Part shown: positions 18,997 through 28,559 of the stretch, one piece after another
Layout: each line of letters opens with the position of its first letter
Position numbering within the stretch: position 1 is the first letter of the stretch
Assembly: GCA_044376115.1 (NCBI GenBank)
Contig: JBILLK010000007.1
Location: 192,001-256,000 of the forward strand
Length of the DNA: 64,000 bases
Reading direction: 5' to 3'
Source of the DNA: Polyangiaceae bacterium
GTDB taxonomy: Bacteria; Myxococcota_A; Polyangia; Polyangiales; Polyangiaceae
The notes under the pieces: generated by a model
Database searches by the model: none
What the model was told of the DNA's origin: nothing
What the model saw: only the letters and a program-made list of their open reading frames with translations
Made by a program: the position numbers and the translations under genes

Positions 18997-20303
18997 GGTG
19001 TCGAGCGATGCGTTCGATAACGATCGACCTGGGGGCGGATGCTGAGGCTCGTGGCCCGTACGAGTGGCGCGGAGCGCGTGTGCACCACGGCGCCTGCAGC
19101 GCTGACCAAGCGCAAACCCGAATGGGCCAAGCCGCCATCGACGAGCGCGATACCGAAGCACGAGGTCGCAAGCGCACGTCGATAACAGACGAGCACTTCC
19201 CCAACCACGCCCCCTTCGAGCAGCAGCGAGCCTTCAATCATCGTGTCGGCCTCGGCGACGAAGCAGGTGCTGCGACGAGGCGGCGGAGCGCTCGGCCGGG
19301 CAGGCTCGCGCCGCTTCGGTAGTCGCCAGCCGAGCTGGAGCTCGAACGGCGAGAGCCTGTTTCCGCCGAGCGACCGAATCGAGAAACCCCCCACCTCGAT
19401 GGTTGCAGCGTCGATCTCCTCGAGCGACACCGTCGCGAGATCGTAGGCCAATCCGAGTTCGGAGAGGGCGGCGAGCTTCTCCGCTGCGCAGCTCTGCGGA
19501 AGGACCACCTCGTAGCCAAATTCGCCGGTTCGCCCGCCGCGAATCACCAGACATTGTTCGAGCGTCAGTGCTCCGAGCGGCGGCAGGCTGATGGCTCGCC
19601 GGCCCAACCATTCACCCAAGAGCTCCCACGCAAACGGGCCGTGCAGGCTGATCGTTTGGTGATCGGCGCGAAGATCGCGCAGCGTTATCTGGCTTTGGTG
19701 TGCAAGCCGTAGCGCAAGCGCTTCGAACGAAAGACCGTCGATTAGCAGGATGAACTCGCCCTCAACGTTCACGACCGTCAAATCGGCCTCCACCGTGCCG
19801 TCCTCACGCGTGAGCAAGGTTGGCTTCGCCTGACCGTCGTAAAGGAAGAGCGATCCACGCAGGAGCTGCTCGAGCGCATCGATCGCGTCCTCCGGGTTCC
19901 CCCGCGCCGACGCCAGCCGGGCGACGGTCAAGTGGGATGAATCGAGGCGCACAACCGAGCTTCGAAGTGCGCTCGGCTGCGCGGTTCGTGGTGTTTGCTC
20001 GAGCTGCGCCGGCGCTGTTGCACCTTCACTGAGCAGGTAGTCGACGATGCAGTTGAGCGAGCGGGTGATCAGCGGAAAGCGGTCATCTTGAGGCAGCTCG
20101 AGGCCGAACGCCCTTTCGACCGCGAAGGCCAGCTCAATCGCGTCGACCGAATCGAGGCCGAAGCCAACGCCGAACAACGGCACGTCGGGATCGAGCTGCT
20201 CGGGCTCGAGCTTGAGCGCGAGGTCATCGAGCAAGATGGTCGCCAGCGTTTGCAGCATGGCCTGGCGTTGCGCCGCTCGTTCCTGCGCGTGGGCGCGGTT
20301 CAT
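18993..20303 (-). CDS. Acyl carrier protein fused to a GcvT/aminomethyltransferase-like folate-binding domain
   Basis: ACP: LDPDVPLFGVGFGLDSVDAIELAFAVERAFG (Ppant Ser). GcvT-like: TLLTREDGTVEADL, ISLHGPFAWELL, RGGRTGEFGYEV, SPFELQLGW. ATGA overlap with the KS stop. Confidence 0.82.
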   Translation of the reverse strand: MNRAHAQERAAQRQAMLQTLATILLDDLALKLEPEQLDPDVPLFGVGFGLDSVDAIELAFAVERAFGLELPQDDRFPLITRSLNCIVDYLLSEGATAPAQLEQTPRTAQPSALRSSVVRLDSSHLTVARLASARGNPEDAIDALEQLLRGSLFLYDGQAKPTLLTREDGTVEADLTVVNVEGEFILLIDGLSFEALALRLAHQSQITLRDLRADHQTISLHGPFAWELLGEWLGRRAISLPPLGALTLEQCLVIRGGRTGEFGYEVVLPQSCAAEKLAALSELGLAYDLATVSLEEIDAATIEVGGFSIRSLGGNRLSPFELQLGWRLPKRREPARPSAPPPRRSTCFVAEADTMIEGSLLLEGGVVGEVLVCYRRALATSCFGIALVDGGLAHSGLRLVSAAGAVVHTRSAPLVRATSLSIRPQVDRYRTHRSTP

Positions 20304-22300
20304 CGGTGCCCCCAACGTTCGAACATGACGCAAGCCGAAGCGAGCCGTCCTGGGGCGGAGACCACGACCGTCTCAGCTTCCTCTCGTGCGATCTTCGTTA
20401 CCGCGACGCCGCAGGCGAGCAGCCCTGCAACGGCCGGGACCTGCGAGTCGGGCGACGCGCGAAGCCGCTCGAAGCGCGGGCGAGGGGAGCGCGCGAGCAA
20501 CGCTGCGAGCGCGGCTTCCTCATCGGCGCCGACCGCCCAACTGGCGAGCGATACCGAAGGCTCCGGACCGTGCTCCCGGCCCAGCAGGAAGCATGCGGCG
20601 CCATCCACCACGGCGCGCGGCGCGTTGAGATCGCGCTCTTCCACCGCTGCAGCAAAAGCGAGATCGGCGTCGTCGCGATAGGCCAACTGGTCCGCGGCGA
20701 GCGCTAGCGCAACCAGGCCGCTGGCGGGGCCTGTGGTCAGCACGAACGTCGGCCCGCGCAGCGCGAACATGCGACAGATCGACCCTGTCGCGGTGGTCAG
20801 CACTTTGCGCGCGAAGGCGCTGCCAGAGACGTTGCGATAGCCACGGGCATCGACGCTCTCGTTGAAGGCGCGGCCGTTCTCCGGCGAGGCGCGCCGTTGG
20901 CCGACGAAGGTCGCGGTGCGATGGCCCTCCGAGGTTCGCCGCGGTGTGTTGCGGGTTGCGCGTTGAAACGCGGTGGCGAGCATTTGGGTGGTGCGGTCGA
21001 GCCCGCGCGAATCGAGCGTCCTCGTGAGCGACTCGAAGTCGAAGGAGCCTGCGTCCACCAAGAGGTCCAGCTCGCTCCCGAGCGGATCCCGTTCGGGGAC
21101 GGCGCCACCGAAGCCACCCATCGCGAGCACGGCCAGCGGCCTTTGCTGCAGCGTCGTTCCGCTTTCGACCACGGTGCCGGCGACGCGGTCGCCGACGCTG
21201 AGCACCGCCGCGGCGTTGAAGCCGCCGAAGCCGGCGCCGAGCTTGAGCAACGGGCCACCCGCGAAGGGGCGCGCTTCAATGACGAGGTCGAGTTCGAACG
21301 GCGGGCGCACGCGCAGCTCCTTGGCGGAGGGAGAAATCTCACCGCGCCGCATCGCTTCGAGCGCCATCGCGAGCTCGACGGCGGAGGCGGCGCCGAGGCT
21401 GTGGCCGACGAGGCTCTTGCTGACCGTGATGGGAAGGACGTTGGCGCGTGGCCCAAACAACGTCACGAGCGCTGCATATTCGGCTTCGTCGTTGGCGCGC
21501 GTACCGGTGGCGTGTGCACTGACACAGGCGATCTCCTCCGCGGCGCGCTGGGCTTCGCGGAGCGCCTGGCACGCAGCGCGCGTGAGCCCCTCTCCGCTGG
21601 GATGCGGACTCGTCGCGTGGTGAGCATCGGCGCTGACGCCGATGCCCTCGAGCGTCGCCACGATCGAAGCTCCGCGCGCGAGGGCGCTGGCTCGGCGTTC
21701 CAAGACGAAGAACGCAGCTCCTTCCCCGAGGTTGGTGCCCAGCGCAGGGGGAGCGCCGGGCAAGCCGCCAAACGGCGTGGTGGGAGTGGCGCTGAGCAGC
21801 CCGAGCGCATGAAAGCCGGCGAACGTAGAGAGCGAGATCTCGTCGCTCGCTCCGGCGATCACCACGTCGAATTGACGGCTCTGCAGCAGCGTTTGGGCGC
21901 ACAGCATGGCGTGCAGCCCGCTGGCGCAGGCCGAGGTAACGACGATCGTCGTCAGCTCTCCGTGCCTCCGCTTCAGACTGGCGACGAACTCGTCCACCAA
22001 AGGATCTTCGGGGGTGAGCGAGGTACCCACGATCAGCGCAGCAACGCCAAGGGCTGCTCCGGCCTGGCCCAGCGCCTCAGCGATGGCCGACTCGGCGAAC
22101 GAGATCGCGGCTGCGCCGCGTGGCAGCTGGGTCTCGACGATGGGCGCACCGAGACGCCCTTCGAACGGCGTGCCCTCGAAGTTGGTGATGGTGCGCAAGC
22201 CGGTCCGCTGCGTTGCCGCGTCGCAGGACGAAGAAAGGTTGGCGCCCAGCGGCGTCACGGCACCCATCCCGGTGATGACGACGACGGGGGCGCCGTGCAC
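20300..22300 (-). CDS. Beta-ketoacyl synthase (FabF-like) fused to a catalytically dead KS (CLF-like) domain
   Basis: VVITGMGAVTPLG; triad SACASG / AHATGT..ND / KSLVGHSLGA; the second domain RGLDR..LRGPTFVLTTGPASGLVAL lacks the Cys. Confidence 0.88.
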   Translation of the reverse strand: MHGAPVVVITGMGAVTPLGANLSSSCDAATQRTGLRTITNFEGTPFEGRLGAPIVETQLPRGAAAISFAESAIAEALGQAGAALGVAALIVGTSLTPEDPLVDEFVASLKRRHGELTTIVVTSACASGLHAMLCAQTLLQSRQFDVVIAGASDEISLSTFAGFHALGLLSATPTTPFGGLPGAPPALGTNLGEGAAFFVLERRASALARGASIVATLEGIGVSADAHHATSPHPSGEGLTRAACQALREAQRAAEEIACVSAHATGTRANDEAEYAALVTLFGPRANVLPITVSKSLVGHSLGAASAVELAMALEAMRRGEISPSAKELRVRPPFELDLVIEARPFAGGPLLKLGAGFGGFNAAAVLSVGDRVAGTVVESGTTLQQRPLAVLAMGGFGGAVPERDPLGSELDLLVDAGSFDFESLTRTLDSRGLDRTTQMLATAFQRATRNTPRRTSEGHRTATFVGQRRASPENGRAFNESVDARGYRNVSGSAFARKVLTTATGSICRMFALRGPTFVLTTGPASGLVALALAADQLAYRDDADLAFAAAVEERDLNAPRAVVDGAACFLLGREHGPEPSVSLASWAVGADEEAALAALLARSPRPRFERLRASPDSQVPAVAGLLACGVAVTKIAREEAETVVVSAPGRLASACVMFERWGHR

Positions 22301-23283
22301 TATCCCACCGCAGCTGCGACGATCAGGAGGATAGCCCCCACCAACAGAAAGACTCCGCCGGCGGTCAAGACGAACGCACCCGCGAAGCTGCCGGTCGCGA
22401 CGATCAACGCGCCGATGATCCCGCTGACTCCCGCGAGGCCCATGAAGACTCCGCCGGCGGTCAAGAGCCCGCTGTTGTCCGACTCCCCGGTGGCCCGCTT
22501 GTACTCTGGATCGCTCGTGCGCATGGCCCCGGCCACGCGATAGAGCTCCTCCGCCTCAGCCAATCGGGACTTCATCGCGGCGAACGATTCAGCGCCCAGC
22601 GACGCCAGGAACCTTCGCTCACTCTCGGCGACTGTGCCAGGGCGCTCAAACACCTTCTCCATCTTGCGCGAGTATTCGCCCACCAACATGTCAGACGATT
22701 GGGCGAGCCGCTCGCATACCCAGAGGCCCATACGCCGGAGATGAAGCCGGCGCACGTCAGAGACATCTTTGTCAGCGGCTGCCTCGTCCACAATCGCCAG
22801 CACGCGTTCTCCCAGCTCGGGATCTCGCTTGAACTCGCGCGACAGATCCGCTCGTTCCGTGGGCGATAGCGCGTCGAGACGTTGCTTCATACCGAGGATG
22901 GCGCTGTCGAACTCGGGCATGGCGCCACGCATGGTTGCTTGCACCGTGGGGTGTACTCGTGCGGTCTCGGGCAAGTCGCGAAAGGCGCCGGTGAGGAAGA
23001 GCGTGCGCACCGCAGACAGCGCGACCTCGTCAGCGTTGCTCTTGCGACCCTTGCTGCGCCCGTCCGAAAGCACACGGTCGAGCGCTAGCGGCGTTCCCGC
23101 GGTGAGCGAGGCTCGAGGTTTGATGAGCCGCGCCCACTCCCGTTCGACCTCCTCGGAGGAGAGCAGAAGGGACGATCCACTGGGCGTCTGCGACGGCGCG
23201 CCATCGTTGAAACAAGCGCTCAGGAGTCCGCCGCCGGCCACGGCGCCAGCCACCATCCTGCGGCGAGAGAGTTGATCGGTCAT
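22300..23283 (-). CDS. Tat-type lipoprotein with C-terminal transmembrane hairpin, unknown function
   Basis: LSRRRMVAGAVAGGGLLSAC; two Gly-rich hydrophobic helices at the C-terminus; TAG/GTG overlap with the KS gene. Confidence 0.75.
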   Translation of the reverse strand: MTDQLSRRRMVAGAVAGGGLLSACFNDGAPSQTPSGSSLLLSSEEVEREWARLIKPRASLTAGTPLALDRVLSDGRSKGRKSNADEVALSAVRTLFLTGAFRDLPETARVHPTVQATMRGAMPEFDSAILGMKQRLDALSPTERADLSREFKRDPELGERVLAIVDEAAADKDVSDVRRLHLRRMGLWVCERLAQSSDMLVGEYSRKMEKVFERPGTVAESERRFLASLGAESFAAMKSRLAEAEELYRVAGAMRTSDPEYKRATGESDNSGLLTAGGVFMGLAGVSGIIGALIVATGSFAGAFVLTAGGVFLLVGAILLIVAAAVG

Positions 23284-23792
23284 GGTGAAACACCCGAGGA
23301 ACTAGCTGGAGGCGAAGGAGCAGTCGAAGTCGGAGCAGGCGGCGGGACGTCGTCCGGAATCAGAAAGACGGTGGCGCTGTCGTCACACTCATTCGAGCGA
23401 TACGTGCCCCGCACAAAGCCGTCCGTACCGGGCGTGAGGCTGTATTGCGTGTCGCTGCAGAACTTCCAACCAGCCGCCCGACCTTCCTCGACAGAGTGGG
23501 TCTCCTTTAGCGCGAGACTGCCGTCGGGCGCGATTGAGCCTACGATGGCGCGCACGCTGAAACCACTCTGCGCGCCGCTCAGGAGAATTTCCCCATTGAG
23601 CGCTGTGCCGTTCTTGCAGAGGTAGAGCTGCACGTTCATCGGGTCATTGCCTTTCGATTCCCCGCGAAACGACTGACAGCTCGGCGGAGCAACGAGCCGA
23701 AACCGCGCTCGGGGCACGGCTTCACGCTTGCTCGCGCAGCTCAGCAAAGCGACGAGCGAAAGGGCGACGAGGATTGGTTCGCGGCTGCGCAA
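23280..23792 (-). CDS. Hypothetical lipoprotein, first gene of the KS operon
   Basis: ILVALSLVALLSC lipobox; TTG 23792 preceded by TAGGCT-N7; its stop overlaps the next ATG. Confidence 0.65.
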   Translation of the reverse strand: MRSREPILVALSLVALLSCASKREAVPRARFRLVAPPSCQSFRGESKGNDPMNVQLYLCKNGTALNGEILLSGAQSGFSVRAIVGSIAPDGSLALKETHSVEEGRAAGWKFCSDTQYSLTPGTDGFVRGTYRSNECDDSATVFLIPDDVPPPAPTSTAPSPPASSSGVSP

Positions 23793-23906
23793 GATGTGCA
23801 GCCTACAAGCAAGTACAGGCGTCGTCACGAGCGACGAATGCCGCCTTTCGTGCAATCTGGGCGCCCGTCGTTCCGGGTCTTCGCGGCTTCGCGCTAGGCT
23901 CGCGCG

Positions 23907-24494
23907 ATGCATAACGTTCGTGCGCTGGTTCGGTCGAGCTTGGTGGTGGTGATGGCGGTGAGCTGCGCCAGCGCGTCGCCTCCGTCCCCCGTGCAGGGCC
24001 CTACCGAAGTGGTGGAGCTCCCGTCGCTCCCCGCTCAACCCAGCGCGGCAGCGAGCACCACGGCCCGGGCGGAGACAGCGACGACGTTGACCGCGCAGTC
24101 GGTGGAAGATTTTTTGCGGGTTCGGTTCGCCCCGCTCGTAGACAGCGGCACCCTCGAACTTAGCTACCCTATGGAAGATAGCGCTGCTGAGTTGATCGAG
24201 GAGCTCAGCTGCGTCCACATCAACACCCTGGCTGACCTCGCAGCGTTGGTGCCGCCTGACTTCGAGCGACGCGGCGTTCCGGTGTTGGCCGAGCTAAAGG
24301 CTCCCGCTGCCAACACCCTCTCCCTGCTCCGCGACCTCATGGTCATCAAGGATGCGAGGCACTACTTCCGCAATTGTTGGCGCTCTCATTTCAGCGCCGG
24401 CGCGAATGAGTTCCCGTTGCCCAATGCCTATGGCGTCTCGCAGCAGTTGTTGGCGGAGCTGCTTGCCGCTGGTGACACGCCGGTGCGTCGTTAG
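23907..24494 (+). CDS. Hypothetical lipoprotein
   Basis: LVVVMAVSC lipobox, Pro/Thr linker, helical C-terminal domain. Confidence 0.75.
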   Translation: MHNVRALVRSSLVVVMAVSCASASPPSPVQGPTEVVELPSLPAQPSAAASTTARAETATTLTAQSVEDFLRVRFAPLVDSGTLELSYPMEDSAAELIEELSCVHINTLADLAALVPPDFERRGVPVLAELKAPAANTLSLLRDLMVIKDARHYFRNCWRSHFSAGANEFPLPNAYGVSQQLLAELLAAGDTPVRR

Positions 24495-24645
24495 CGAATG
24501 GCCGAGCGCACAGCGTCTGAGCCGTAGGCAATAACGTGTGGCGATTCTGCATTGAACAGCATGATTGCCCCGTGTGGTTCCCACGTTGCCTGTGACACGA
24601 GACCAATGCCCCTGTTTCGGCCCGTTGCTGTGTGGATAACGATCG

Positions 24646-24661
24646 TGGCATCGAGCTTGCT
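24646..24661 (+). promoter_or_regulatory. sigma54 (-24/-12) promoter candidate
   Basis: TGGCATCGAGCTTGCT with GG-N10-GC spacing, 40 nt upstream of ATG 24701. Confidence 0.65.
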
Positions 24662-24700
24662 CCGCTCCCGTTGTTGCGTCTCGCAACCAGCAAGGACCCA

Positions 24701-25078
24701 ATGAATAGCCTGCTCTCTGCGTTAGCTCTCCTGGTCTACGGCAGTGCCTGCGCAGGGTCGCCTGCCGTCTTTCGGCGAACGCTCGTGCGCGCCGCGCCCA
24801 GCGAGCGATCGGTCGTCGTGCTACTCGACCGCGAGCCCGAGCTTCCGTTCGTGGTGCTCGGCGAGCTTTCTGCCGTTGCACTCGAGAGCCCCACCAGCAT
24901 CGCGATGATGCAGAGGGAGGCCGCGCTTCAGGGGCTCGACGGCATCTATTGGATCGAATGCGCCAGAGCCCGCGGCAGTTGTACGGCGAAGGGGTTCGTT
25001 TACAGCAAGGTCCCAGAGCTTGGCGGTCGGGAGGGCCAAGCTGATTGCACGTCGCAGCCGGAACTGACGCAACGCTGA
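24701..25078 (+). CDS. Small hypothetical exported protein
   Basis: AAGGA RBS; signal MNSLLSALALLVYGSAC. Confidence 0.65.
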   Translation: MNSLLSALALLVYGSACAGSPAVFRRTLVRAAPSERSVVVLLDREPELPFVVLGELSAVALESPTSIAMMQREAALQGLDGIYWIECARARGSCTAKGFVYSKVPELGGREGQADCTSQPELTQR

Positions 25079-25193
25079 GCCGCGACCAGCCGACTGTACC
25101 GACGACTCCGCCGCACTGGCTTTGCCCGGCCCAAGAAGAGTCGCAGGCCGACGCGCTGCGAGGGCAGAGCTCTCCCGTGGTAGCGTCGCTGCG

Positions 25194-25928
25194 ATGTTGC
25201 TTCGTTCGCTGCTTCTCGCGGTGGGTTGTTTGGCCTGTGGACCTTCGTCGACGACGTCGGAGCTTCGGCCCGAACCGACGTCGAAAGAGTCTCGCTCGGC
25301 CTCTGCCTCGACGTCGACCAGCGCTGCACGGGCGTCCGTAGCGACCTCCGCGTCCGCACCGCCTGCACCGAGCGCTGCCGTGGCCAGTGCGTCCGCGCCG
25401 GTCTCGGAGGAGGAGGAGCGCGCGAACGAGGGCTGCAAGCTGCGCAAGAATACCAACGTGACGTCGCGCTGCGCCGCCCACGACGTCAGGCTCGGGAAGT
25501 GGAAGCCCTCGGCCAAGGAGCTGATGGTCACAGCGCCGCTACTCAGTGGAAGCTGCTACTGCGCGAGCGGGCTGATCGAGGCGATCGATCGCTGCGCTCA
25601 GAAGATCGATGGCGGTCAGATCGCGCTCACGCTGGGCACGCTCGGCGACCCGACCGATTGTTCGTTGACGGTGGGCGCGGCCGAACTCGGTGCTCGACGC
25701 TTCCTGCGGATCTACGCGTTCAACCGCGACCAAGCGACCTTCTATTCGATCATTACGGTGGTCGAGCTCAAAGGTGACAAGGCTGAGCTCTACTACCAAG
25801 GCTTCAACAGCTTCGATCCGCCGGGTACCACCGACGTCGATCCGAAGCAGCACTCGGCCGCGCTGGTGAAGGACTGGCCCACGCTGCCGCAGAGCTTCAA
25901 AGATTGGTTGGAAAAGGACCCGGAGTAG
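25194..25928 (+). CDS. Cys-rich hypothetical lipoprotein
   Basis: MLLRSLLLAVGCLAC, Ser/Ala linker, several Cys. Confidence 0.75.
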   Translation: MLLRSLLLAVGCLACGPSSTTSELRPEPTSKESRSASASTSTSAARASVATSASAPPAPSAAVASASAPVSEEEERANEGCKLRKNTNVTSRCAAHDVRLGKWKPSAKELMVTAPLLSGSCYCASGLIEAIDRCAQKIDGGQIALTLGTLGDPTDCSLTVGAAELGARRFLRIYAFNRDQATFYSIITVVELKGDKAELYYQGFNSFDPPGTTDVDPKQHSAALVKDWPTLPQSFKDWLEKDPE

Positions 25929-25930
25929 CC

Positions 25931-26935
25931 GTGACCGCGTTCTCCATCCTCGATCTGAGTCCCATCGTCTCGGGGTCGAACGCCACGCAGGCGCTGCGCG
26001 ACACCGTGGCGCTGGCTCAGCATGCCGAGTCGCTCGGCGCTGCGCGCGTGTGGTTGGCGGAGCATCACAACGCCGGCATGCTCGCGAGCTCAGCGCCGGA
26101 GATCCTGATCGCGCATGTCGCAGGAGCCACGCGCTCGATTCGTGTTGGAGCAGGAGGCGTGATGCTCCCCAATCACAGCGCGCTCCGGGTCGCCGAGCAA
26201 TTCCGTCTGCTTTCGGCGTTGTTCCCGGGTCGAATCGATCTCGGCTTGGGGCGAGCCGCTGGGACCGACCCACGTACTGCTCGGCTTCTGCGCCGCGGAG
26301 CGGCGGACGACGCGGCCTTGTTCGATGCGCAGTTCGACGAGCTGCTCGGTTACCTCGAGGCCGACTCAGCGCCGCGTGGCGAGCGTCCGACGTCGGTCAT
26401 CGCCATCCCCAGCGGGGTCGAGTCCCCGGAGCTTTTTCTGCTTGGCTCTGGCGACTACAGCGCACGTTTAGCGGCTGAGCGCGGGGTCGGCTTGGCCTTC
26501 GCCCATCACATGAATCCGAGCGAGGCCGCTCAGGAGTTGCAGCGCTATCGGGCCAACTTCCGGCCCTCGCGCTACCGCGCAGCTCCGTGGGCGATGGCCT
26601 CGGTCAACGTGGTCGCGGCCGCGACCGACGCGCAGGCGGAGGAACTTGCAGCGAGCGGACGCTTGGCGCTGGTTCGAATGGCGCAGGGGCAGCGCGACTT
26701 GCCGCTAGCGAGCCCGGCGGAGGTTCGTCAGCACGCTTTCGACGAAGAGGAAGAAGCGGTGCTCGCGGCCTATGCTGGTGCAACCATCGTCGGCGGTCCC
26801 GAGCGAGTGCGCGCCGCCCTGCGCGCGTTGCTCGAGGCGACCGCAGCCAACGAACTCGTAGTGATGACGCAGGTTCATGATCAGGCCGCGCGCAAGGCTT
26901 CCTACACCCTGGTCGCTGAGCTCTTGGCGTCGTAG
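25931..26935 (+). CDS. Luciferase-like (LLM class) flavin-dependent oxidoreductase
   Basis: FSILDLSP..VWLAEHHN..IRVGAGGVMLPNHSALRVAEQF..PGRIDLGLGRA. Confidence 0.93.
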   Translation: MTAFSILDLSPIVSGSNATQALRDTVALAQHAESLGAARVWLAEHHNAGMLASSAPEILIAHVAGATRSIRVGAGGVMLPNHSALRVAEQFRLLSALFPGRIDLGLGRAAGTDPRTARLLRRGAADDAALFDAQFDELLGYLEADSAPRGERPTSVIAIPSGVESPELFLLGSGDYSARLAAERGVGLAFAHHMNPSEAAQELQRYRANFRPSRYRAAPWAMASVNVVAAATDAQAEELAASGRLALVRMAQGQRDLPLASPAEVRQHAFDEEEEAVLAAYAGATIVGGPERVRAALRALLEATAANELVVMTQVHDQAARKASYTLVAELLAS

Positions 26936-27155
26936 CGTCGTGTTTTGAGGCAACGCGAGGTTGACTCCTTCGACTGAACCTCGGACGGTTCCCTGCGGCG
27001 CCAATGGCGTCGAGCGAGTTCAAGTCAGGAGCACGTTTGGTTCCGCCGATCGAGGCGAAGCCTCCTACAACTTGGTTCGCCCAACCCTTTGCTGCGCGGG
27101 CCGAGACCCTGCGTCTTTTGCCACCGCTTTCACTTTCGCTAGGGCTCGGGCGCTG

Positions 27156-28130
27156 TCAGGCGTCTTTCCGGATCGCCATTTCAACCTGCGTAGCCGGAAC
27201 CACGCCAAACAGGCGGTCGGTCATTCGGAACAGGCCCGCAATGGCCTTTTTGGCCGTACGCATGCGCCCCGGATTCGTCGCCGCCAACCAGTGAGCCGCC
27301 CGGTCCCCCTGCCTTGGCTGGAGCACCACCGGTCGTGCGCCTGGCGTTTGACGGATGTTGCTCAGAATCTCCGGTTCGGTGCCGCCCCGAATGCCGGCGC
27401 GCAATAACTGCTCCCAGTCGCGCTGCCGGTTTTCTTCCGGCGCTTCGCGCGCGTAGTTGTTGGCCAGATATCGCGCCAGCCCGTCTGGGAGGTAGTTGAT
27501 AAACCAGAGACCGGTCGTGTGGTGCTCAAGAGGCGACCAGCGGTGCGGCGTTTGATTGATATAAAGGATCCCGCCGGGCTTCAACGCGGACCACAGCAGC
27601 GGCAGCAGGGTCAGTCGTTCGCTTGGCAGCAGATGCTCGTAGACCGCGCTCAACATGATCCCGTCAAAAGGTCCGATCCCTGCCGGGAGCGATTCACCTG
27701 ACGGCGAGAGAAGAAAACGCGCGTTGGTCACCCCTGTTCCCTGGGCGATTCGCGTGGCCAGCTCCACGGCGTTCTCGCGAAGCTCAACGCCGGTCACCTG
27801 GGCGTGCGGAAACATGCGAGCCATGAAAATAGTGGAGGCGCCGCACCCGCAGCCAAAATCGAGAATCTCCCCCCTCATCTCGCCCGGTGGGCGAAAAGCA
27901 TCCAGTTGGTGTTTCAATGCGTGGCTCACGTAGTCGGGCTCGCAATGCCTCGCGATGTCGTCACAAATCCAACCGATCGTACTTTCGGCGACGACGGCTT
28001 GAATCAGGTCGAGACTGAAATCGGTCTCACAAGATTTTCTGGCGATGAAAACCTGCGGTGATTCCGGCACCGCCGTGACGCGATAACGGAAGTTCGGAAG
28101 CGGGTCTACTTTCAGATACCCACCCGGCAT
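27156..28130 (-). CDS. Class I SAM-dependent methyltransferase
   Basis: ILDFGCGCG, VTGVE, FDGIMLSAVYEHL, LKPGGILY. Confidence 0.9.
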   Translation of the reverse strand: MPGGYLKVDPLPNFRYRVTAVPESPQVFIARKSCETDFSLDLIQAVVAESTIGWICDDIARHCEPDYVSHALKHQLDAFRPPGEMRGEILDFGCGCGASTIFMARMFPHAQVTGVELRENAVELATRIAQGTGVTNARFLLSPSGESLPAGIGPFDGIMLSAVYEHLLPSERLTLLPLLWSALKPGGILYINQTPHRWSPLEHHTTGLWFINYLPDGLARYLANNYAREAPEENRQRDWEQLLRAGIRGGTEPEILSNIRQTPGARPVVLQPRQGDRAAHWLAATNPGRMRTAKKAIAGLFRMTDRLFGVVPATQVEMAIRKDA

Positions 28131-28423
28131 CTCGATCGATGCTGCCCGATGTTGGGTTGCAGGGTGTCGCTCTCGCTCAGGTATCCGTCCGCGTTGCCTT
28201 AGAAAGCCTCAAGTGGTTCGTTATCTTATCGGCGTCAACGCGCAGTCAGTAATCTCTTCGCGCGCTTGCGGTTAACACTTCGAACCTCGTGAAATCCCTT
28301 GGGAAGCGGGTAGGCATGCGCCGGATGACGAAGACGAAGAACACCCCACGGAGCCCACGTTGGTGCGCATTCACGCCGGACCGTGCGCGCTGACCGTGCG
28401 CGGCGCGGGCCCGCGAACGCGTC

Positions 28424-28507
28424 CGCGAGCAGGATGGGAGCTCGAACCGCCGGCGCGCGAGCAGGGTGGGAGCTCGAACCGCCGGCGCGCGGGGATGGGC
28501 GCTCGAA
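28424..28507. repeat. 32-bp tandem repeat, about 2.6 copies, intergenic
   Basis: cgcgagcagg(a/g)tgggagctcgaaccgccggcg at 28424 and 28456; degenerate third copy at 28488. Confidence 0.85.
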
Positions 28508-28559
28508 TTGGACGTTTTGTTGAATTCAGTCGCCCATGTCCCAACGAGCGGCGCCCATT

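Noticed and set aside
24500..24700. Possible replication origin
   Set aside because: Only one DnaA box, no DUE-like repeats and no dnaA/dnaN context.
28424..28507. 32-bp repeat as a mini-CRISPR or IS end
   Set aside because: Units are head-to-tail without unique spacers; no transposase nearby.
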